NCBI GenBank assembly: GCA_951406725.2
Contig: OX597820.1
Coordinates: forward strand, 24,056,001-24,120,000
Source: Octopus vulgaris
Lineage: Eukaryota
DNA length: 64,000 nt
Direction of reading: 5' to 3'
The position numbers and the translations under genes were made by a program. The notes beneath the pieces were generated by a model that searched no databases, was not told the DNA's origin, and saw only the letters and a program-made list of their open reading frames with translations. Every line of letters starts with the position of its first letter. Positions within the stretch are counted from its first letter, which is position 1. Shown piece after piece: positions 54,639-64,000 of the stretch.

Positions 54639-54925
54639 GTTTGTAAAGAATAAAAAGTTTTGAATGGTACAACAATGCACTATAATACAGACAATGGGCT
54701 ATATACCTGTTGTAATTTAGTCATCCATAGTCTAATATATTTCGGAATAATATTCCTTCTTCAGATATTTTTAGATCGAGTCGCTGCTATAATCGGTTTC
54801 CTAACGGCTTTTATTCCGAAATATCATATCCGACTATGGATGACTAAATTAGAACATGTATATATTCCATTGTCTGTATTATAGTGCATTGTTGTACGAT
54901 TCAAAACTATTTATTATTTACAAAC
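54639..54925. repeat. Fold-back inverted repeat (~112-bp arms) containing an HHR
   Basis: Arms 54639-54750 and 54811-54925; minus strand 54731-54768 reads ATAT-CTGAAGA-A-GGAAT(ATT)ATTCC-GAAATA..; the right arm keeps ATTCCGAAATATC|ATAT. Confidence 0.85.
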
Positions 54926-54965
54926 TGAAAAAAAGATTAGAGATCTATAAAAATCAAAATTTTAT

Positions 54966-55365
54966 ATAAAAAAGATGGATGTGGAAATAGCACAGAAATA
55001 AATCTAAGACATTTCAGTTTAAGGAGTAATTTAATAAAAATGATTTAAAAAATTATATTAAGGAAATATTACCGGTTTGGATGAATCTCATCTTACCAAA
55101 TATCAGTAAGAATTTATAAAAATTGAAGTAAAAACAGTTTATCTTCTGTCTGGGTGTCAAGAACATGCCTGACCCCGAGAAAGAAGATAAACTGTTGTTA
55201 ATACAACTTTTTATAAATTTTTACTGATATTTGATAAGATGAGATCCATCGAAATCGGTAATATTTTCTTATAATATTTTAAATCATTTTTTTAATTAAA
55301 TTCCCCCCCCTTAATTGAAATGTCTTAGATTTACTTCTGTGCGATTTCCACCGCCATCTTTTATA
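54966..55365. repeat. Fold-back inverted repeat (~190-bp arms, ~10-nt loop) with a decayed HHR in each arm
   Basis: Plus 55227-55264 reads ATAT-TTGATAA-GATG(AGATC)CATC-GAAA-TCGG-TA|ATAT; the minus copy at 55066-55103 retains CCGG in stem III. Confidence 0.85.
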
Positions 55366-55401
55366 CATATGTATAATATATATATATATGTATATATTTT
55401 T

Positions 55402-55703
55402 TCGCCCTTTTCAAGCCTAGCCAGGTTCAGGGGCCCGGTTTCCCGTTTCTATGGCGTATGTGTTCCCCCACAGCTGGACGGGTCGCCAGTCCATCGCAGC
55501 GTTACTCAAGAAAAAGGAAGAAAGAGTGAGAGAAAGTTGGGGCGAAAGAGTACAACAGGGGTCGCCACCCCCACCCCCTGCCGGAGACTCGTGGAGCTTT
55601 AAGTGTTTTCGCTCAATAAACACACACAACGCCCGGTCTGGGAATCGAAAGCGCGATCCTCCGACCGCGAGTCCGTTGCTCTAACCACTGGGCCACTGCG
55701 TCT

Positions 55704-55707
<4 letters not shown>
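55402..55707 (-). mobile_element. SINE family C, full-length
   Basis: Reverse complement of 10027-10335. Confidence 0.87.
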
Positions 55708-55747
<40 letters not shown>

Positions 55748-56069
55748 ACACACTGAACTGCTTCTTTATCGATCCCTTTACTCAACCGATATTTTATCGA
55801 TCTTTGTACTTGACTGATACTTTATCGTCCGTTGTACTGAATCGGTGCTTTATCGACCCCTGTACTTTTGCAAGTACTTTATTTATCGAACTCTTTCTGG
55901 ATAGGCACCCTATCTATCAGCTCCGAAGACAGCCGGAATGAAACGCCGCAAGGTATTTCATTCAACGCTCTAATGGCTCTGCGCACCCGCCGTCTGTACT
56001 TCATTTTATATTTGTACTCCTCACATATATATTTGTACTCCGCAACCTATTTTCACTCGCGGCACACTT

Positions 56070-56178
56070 ATATTCTTTTCAAATTTCGGCAGCACACCTG
56101 AACTAAAAATACAAGAAATCCAGCATCATCTCGTGGCACACTAGTGTGCCGCGGCACACCGTTTGCGGAACACTGCTC
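56070..56178. mobile_element. Probable hAT-type MITE right end
   Basis: CGTGGCACACTAGTGTGCCGCGGCACACCGTTTGCGGAACACTG: subterminal GGCACAC repeats and a CAGTG-type TIR. Confidence 0.55.
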
Positions 56179-56267
56179 TATATTGATGAAAAGGCAACTT
56201 TGAATTTAGTGGGACACGAACTGAAAACATAACGGTCCGTAACTAAATACCGTAATATTTTGTTATC

Positions 56268-57720
56268 CGGCACTGACTGTGGTGATTGCAGTGGTGATAG
56301 TGACGCCAGTGGTATTGGCTGCAGTATGAGTGGTGTCGATGATTTTGACAGAGGTGATGGTGACTGTGGCGGTGATGGTGATGGTGGTGATGGTAACTTT
56401 GGTGGTATCAGTGCCCGTGGCGTCGGCGGTGGCGTTTGCAGTGCTAATGGTATTGGCAGTAGTATAAGAGGTACTGGTGATTTCGACAGTAGTTGTAGTA
56501 GTGGTGGTGGTGGTGGTGGTGGTGGTGATGACGGTGATGACGGTGATGGTGGTGGTGGTAACTTTGGCGGTATCAGTGCCCGTGGCGACGGCGGTGACGT
56601 GTGTGGTGCTAGTGGTATTGGTAGTAGTATAAAAGTGGTATGCTGACGATTTCGACAGTGGTTGTGGTTGTGGTTGTGGTGGTGGTAGTGGTGATGACGG
56701 TGATGATGGTGGTAACTTTGGCGGTTTCAGTGCCCGTGGCGACGGCGGTGGCGTTTGTGGTGCTAATGGTATTGGCAGTAGTACAGGAGTAGTATTGGCA
56801 GTAGTATCGGCAGTAGTATAATTCATCGAATCTATTCTGATACAGCTGATATTTCTCTCTTTCTTTCGTTTTAGACTGTCTGATTTGAAAAAAAAAGATT
56901 TAACTGCTATTTCTAGCATTTCAAGAAACCACCATCGGTAGACCGTTCTTTTTGTTCTGATTATCGTTGTTGTTGCTGTTGTTGTTTTACCGGCGGACCG
57001 TATGTTACAGCTGCTGTTAGTGCTGCTGCTGTTGCTGCTAATGTTGCTGCTGCTGCTGCTGCCGTTATTATGGTTTTGGTTCCAATATTGCACTTTGTGA
57101 TACTGGTGCATTATAGTCAACAGCAATAGCAATAGCAGCAGGTGCTGTTGACGTTGTTCTTGTAGTAGTAGCAGTAGTAGTAGTGGTAGTAGTAGTAGTT
57201 GTTGTTGTTGTTGTTGGTGTTGTTGTTGTTGCTGTCTCCGTAAACGATGTTTAGTGCCACCGTCTGCACCGACACAACCAGCATCAACCAACTAACCAGC
57301 CAGCCAACCGGCCGGCCGGCCAGCCAAGCACTACCACCACCACAACCACAACCACCACTGTCATCACCACTAAATAACAACAACAAATAATAACAGTTGC
57401 ATCGCCTCCTCCTCCCCTCCTTCTTCTTCTTCTTCTTCTTCTTCTTCTTCTTCTTCTACTACTGCTACTACTACTACTACTACTACTGAACAACAACAAC
57501 AACAACAAATAGTAACTACAACAATAACAACGGCACCGCCCCTTCTACTATTACTACATCGACAAGCACACCACTGCCGCCGCAGCCACCATCACCACCA
57601 CCACCACCACCACCACCACCACCACCACCACCACCACCACCACTACCACCACCACTACCACCATCGTCACCAATATCACCACCACTACTATTACTATTAC
57701 ACTACTGCTGCTGCTGGTGT

Positions 57721-57786
<66 letters not shown>

Positions 57787-58692
57787 ATTAGTTGCAGCGA
57801 TGGCACCATCTACCACCACCCATACGAAGTTTCCTCAGTACCAATACTCACGAAACACTAGAAATAGCAGCTAAGAGTTCCCTCACAATCATCTCCCTAC
57901 CGGCTTAGAAAAGAGAAAAAGAGAGGATGCGCTGGTGATAATGTAATCATGGGTTGGAGTGCATTTGGGGGGAAAAAAGGACGGGATGGTCACGGATGGC
58001 AGGAACAACTTTGGTCGAAGGTCTGCTCTTTCGGGGCTTACCCAGGGTCTAAACAACAACAGCAACAACAGCAGGAACAATTGATTGTAAACTGCATCAA
58101 TTACAGTGTTGATATCAACACCACTACAACCACAACCACAACCACTGTCGAAATCATTAGCATACCACTCCTATACTACTACCAATACCGTAATCATCAC
58201 AAACCCCACCGCCGACGCCACGGGCACTGATACCGCTAAAGTTACCATCACCACCATCACCGTCATCACCACCATACCACTACCACCACCACTACCACAA
58301 CCACAACTACTGTCGAAATCATCAGCATACCACTCCTATACTACTACCAATACCACAAGCATCACAAACGCCACCGCCGACGCCATGGGCACTGATACCG
58401 CTAAAGTTACCACCATCACCACCATCACTACCACCATCACCACCACTACTACCACCGCCACCACAACTACTGTCGATATCACCAGCACCTCCTATACTAC
58501 TGCCAATACTATTAGCACCACAAACACCACCGCCGACGCCACTGGCACTGATACCACCAAAGTTACCATCATCACCATCACCATCACCATCACAACCACC
58601 ACCACCTCTTTGAAAATCATCGGCACCACTCGTACTACAGCCAATACCACTGGCGTCACTATCACCACTACAACCACCACAGTCAGCGCCGT
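56268..58692. repeat. Large inverted repeat of a cryptic triplet minisatellite (arms ~56268-56790 and ~58130-58692)
   Basis: GGCACTGACTGTGGTG..GTGACGCCAGTGGTATTGGCTG at 56269 is the reverse complement of 58637-58690; internal subunits carry GGCACTGATACC. Confidence 0.85.
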
Positions 58693-58729
58693 CGCCAGCG
58701 CCAACACCTAAGAGTCTATTACCGTCCAG

Positions 58730-59079
58730 CTACCACCACCACCACCACCACCACCATAACAACAACAACACCAACATCATCGGTAACAACAGCAGCAACA
58801 ACAACAACTACTACTACTACTACTACTACTTCACCGGCTACAAGTATCACCATTACCAATACCACCACTATCAGTACTACAAGTACCAACAACACCCAAC
58901 CACCACTACCACCACCACTACCACCACCACTACCACCACCACTACCACCACCACTACCACCACCACTACCACCACCACTACTACCACCACTACCACCAGT
59001 ACCACCTCCATCGCCGTCGCTACCACAATCGCTATCTCTACTGCCACCACCACCACCACCGCCACTGCTGCTGCTGCTG

Positions 59080-59114
<35 letters not shown>

Positions 59115-59410
59115 GTCACCACTGCTACCGCCACTGCTGCTGCTACTGCTGCTACTGCTGCTGCTGCTACTACTACCACTACTACTACTTTAATACTAAT
59201 ATACCAATACCATCATCATCACCATGCTCCAAGGTCGTCGCCACCTCTGACACCACCAGCACCAGCACCACCACCACCAGCATCACCACCAGCATCACCA
59301 CCGCCACCAGCAGCAACACCACCACCAGTACCAACACCAGCAGCAGCAGCACCACCACCACCAGCAACCCAACCCCCCAAACTTCACCACCATCACCACC
59401 ACCACCGCCA
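58730..59410. repeat. (CCA/CTA/CTG/CAG)n low-complexity tract
   Basis: Directly visible. Confidence 0.95.
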
Positions 59411-60153
59411 CTTTGTGCACCACTTTTCACGTTACGTTAAAGTTGTTACTGTTGTCGTGTCATCATGTTTTTCCCACTTGTTCTTATTGTTCTGACTGTT
59501 GTTGCTGTCGCTTAGCCCCAAGTTAGCAGCCTTGATGGAGCAGATGGAGCACACTCACAATCGAAGGCGTTCTAGTTATGACCATCCTGCTTCATTTTTT
59601 CTTTCCTGTTTTTTTTCTTTTTGTTAACAGAATAAGACAAACATCATCCGTTGCATATTCTTCTTTAAGACAGTAAGCGTGTAATTCAAACGATTTCAGC
59701 TGCTATTTCTAGCAGACCGAACGACCTACAGAAGCTCCCTAGTTGACTCGTGTTATTGTTGTTTTCGTTGCTATTGTTGTCAGTCTTGTTGCAATTGCTG
59801 ATGTTATAATTCTTGTTGATAATGTTGTTAGTGTTGATATATTTTTGATAATGCCAATAATATTATTGATAATTTCATTCATGTTGATAGCGATATAAAT
59901 AATATTAACGTTTATGTTTTGGGTTAATTGTTAAACTTGATTATATAAATGACATTGATAATGTTGATAACGCTGATAATGCTGATAATGCTGATAATGT
60001 TGATAACGATTCATTCAGGACAGGAATCGCTGTAAAAAAAAGGCAAAAAAGAAAGCAAAAAAAAGGAAGCAAAAAATAAACCTCATGGGACGGAAAAATT
60101 ATGCACGCAGACATTACTAGACTTTCATATACATATACAGACATATAAATATA

Positions 60154-60208
<55 letters not shown>

Positions 60209-60477
60209 TAACACACACATACACACATAAATACACACACACAGACACACGCACACACATGGACATATAACTTATGCATACGCCGTAACAACCATTTGCA
60301 TACGTACAAGTTATATAGGCAAAAATGCGCACAGAAAGGTATTCATTCGTACTCAACGCAAACAGTCGGACACATGCATGCATGCATGATGATAGTTATA
60401 TAAGCATAAGCACTCTGGCATTAGTACGCATATCCCAATACAGATATCTATACTTATACACGCAAACGTATAAGCAC

Positions 60478-60700
<223 letters not shown>

Positions 60701-60969
60701 CAAGAAAATTCTACACAAATATAATTTTACGTTCACACACACACACACGCACGCAAATACACACATACACGTGTACACTTTATCGATATATATGTGTGTG
60801 TGTGTGTGTGTATATATACACACGCGATTGCATACACACACTCATGTTTACTTGTATGCATACATATTTACGCACACACACGCACGCACGCGCACACACA
60901 GACACTTTCGCGGGAGCACACACCTCATAACACTTTCACACACGCAAATGCAGTGAATGAATGAATTTG

Positions 60970-61034
<65 letters not shown>

Positions 61035-61405
61035 TGTATAGATAGGTACACTTACACAAGTAGCCACATATACACGTAGAGGCTTTAACATAGTACACAT
61101 ACTCACGTGCGTTCGTGCGTATATGAGTGCCCGACTATCTACATATCTATCTATCTATCTTTTTTTAAAAATTTTATTTTATCCCCCCCCCCCCTTTTTT
61201 TTTGTCCTCTTTGTTTCCATTTACGATCCCTTTTGATCGAAGACCAAACCCCCTTCTTTTACCCCCAAAAGAAAAGCTCTACCTTGTAATTTTGTCCTGT
61301 CTGTGTGCAGCCCTGTGTGGCTAATAAAGAAACATATCTAACTATCCATCCATCCATCTACCTATCTATCTGCATACATACATACATACATACAAACACA
61401 GACAC

Positions 61406-61445
<40 letters not shown>

Positions 61446-62544
61446 CATACATATATACATATGTACACGAAAATGTTTCTCGTTCACTCATTCATAAATA
61501 AATAAACGTAACCCCCCCACCTCCACTACATTCCAAACGCATTCTCACACAAAATACACGCATATATTCATTCACATACGAAACACACATACAAGTATGC
61601 ATAAGTACATATGCATGCATGTATGCTATGTATGTATGTATGTGTGTATGTATGTATGTGTGTTTGTATGTGCAAGTGTGTAAGTAAATAAGCGAGTGAA
61701 AGAGAGAGAGATAGAGAGATATATAGATAGATAGATAGATAGATAGAGAGAGAGCGAGAAAAGGAGAGAGAGAAGAGATTGTATCTGTGTGTGATTATTA
61801 GGCCCACTCTGCCAACCAGCCAGTTTAAGCAAGTCAATGCGTGGATACTTCAATATTTTCTTATCAAACGTCGAGTTGGGATGCATACACAGCGATGTCG
61901 GCTCATGGACTCTTCTTACCCTTACAGTCTTACTATTGTTATTATTCACATCTTTTACATATCGTCCTATCTCCGTGCCACGATGCAGGATTCAAACAGT
62001 GGTCAGTGATATTTTTTATTTGATTTTTTATTTTACATTATCTTTTGTTTTTTATTTCTTGTCATTTTGCCTTTGTTTATTATTGAGATGTATGTCTTAA
62101 GAGTTCCCAATACGCACAGACGTAACACATATATAAACGTATATTTATATCTATATAAGCATGTATACAGGATTATGAGTATGTCTGTGTTTATATGCAC
62201 ATATGCATAAATATATTTATATATGTATCAATATATATATATATATATGTATCTATATATTCAATATTAATTATATATATATGTGTGTGTATGTACGTAC
62301 GTATATGTATGTACAAACATGTATATATATATATATGTTTATGTATATGTATATGTCTCTATATATCTATCTATATGTTTGTTTTTATCTAGTTATATAT
62401 AAAGTTGAACATTAAGTTGAAGCTTCACACAATAGTTTTTTCTTATAGTACCATATTTATTCATTTTCCCCTCTTGTGTGTATGTGTGTTTGTTCATACA
62501 TACATATACATACATGTATATTATATATAGATAGATATATGTAA

Positions 62545-62628
<84 letters not shown>

Positions 62629-62833
62629 ATATATATATATGTGTGTGTATGTATATATGTATGCATGTACGTATAAACTTACACACACACACATATATAT
62701 GTAATTATATGTACACATATATATATGTGTATGTATATTACTCATTTTTTACTATAAATCTTACACACATCACACAATAATATCGTGTACTTTGATTTTT
62801 CTCTCGTTTACACTCACGTGTATCCGTTTATAT

Positions 62834-62889
<56 letters not shown>

Positions 62890-63333
62890 CATACATACAT
62901 ACATACATACATACATACATACATACACACATACATACATACATATATATATACTCACACACACATATATATATATATTTATTTATTTATATAAAATTCA
63001 TATATATAAATATATACATATATAAATATATATATTTATATAACATTCATATATATAAATATATGTATATATATGTATACACATGCACAGTACATGCACT
63101 ACACATACACGCATTTATACACATACGCACACCTATACCTATGTAGGGTGAGTCTATATAAACATAATGTTTGGAGTACACACTCCACGCATACGTTCAA
63201 CCACCCGTGTGTGTACATTCTGTGTACTCTGTTGTCGAATCCAGCTGCTCGTGCTTTGTATTTTGTTGCCCTTGTGGCTAATAAAGAAGTTGTCGTCATC
63301 GCCATACTTGTCATTCTCGTTCTTCTCATCACC

Positions 63334-63828
<495 letters not shown>

Positions 63829-63829
63829 T

Positions 63830-64000
63830 AAGGCGCCAAGCTAGTACAATTGTTAGTACGTTGGACGAAATGCTTGGCGATATGTCGACCGTCATCACGT
63901 TCTGAGTTCAAATTTTGCCGAGTTTGACTTTACCTTTCATCCCTTCGGGGACGATAAAAAGTACCAGTTGAACACTGGGGTCGATGTAATCGATTCATCT
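63830..64000 (+). mobile_element. SINE family A running off the window end
   Basis: Head, B box and core. Confidence 0.8.

Noticed and set aside
55755-55895. CRISPR-like periodicity
   Set aside because: No unique spacers, degenerate units, eukaryotic context and no cas genes.

Overview
AT-rich, microsatellite-saturated eukaryotic DNA with no supportable host protein-coding gene. The repeat repertoire suggests a coleoid cephalopod such as Octopus (inference from recognising the repeats, not from a search). It contains three or four tRNA-headed SINE families, decayed R4/Dong-type RLE LINEs next to (TAA)n, a CR1-group LINE 3' end, mariner relics, two abutting non-autonomous Helitrons, and Penelope-like elements (PLEs: one GIY-YIG ORF and two RT relics). 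The main signal is a dispersed set of minimal type I hammerhead ribozyme (HHR) motifs from several sequence-unrelated families. They have short, mostly palindromic stem III helices, and most lie beside (TA)n tracts. Many sit in fold-back inverted repeats that all share one polarity: minus-strand HHR in the left arm, plus-strand HHR in the right arm. The best case (46893-47750) is an ORF-less 482-bp unit with two intact HHRs and a junction that implies a tandem or circular RNA template, i.e. retrozyme-like. Nearly all ORFs in the supplied track are microsatellite or SINE artefacts. All motif calls were made by eye; boundaries of degenerate repeats are approximate.
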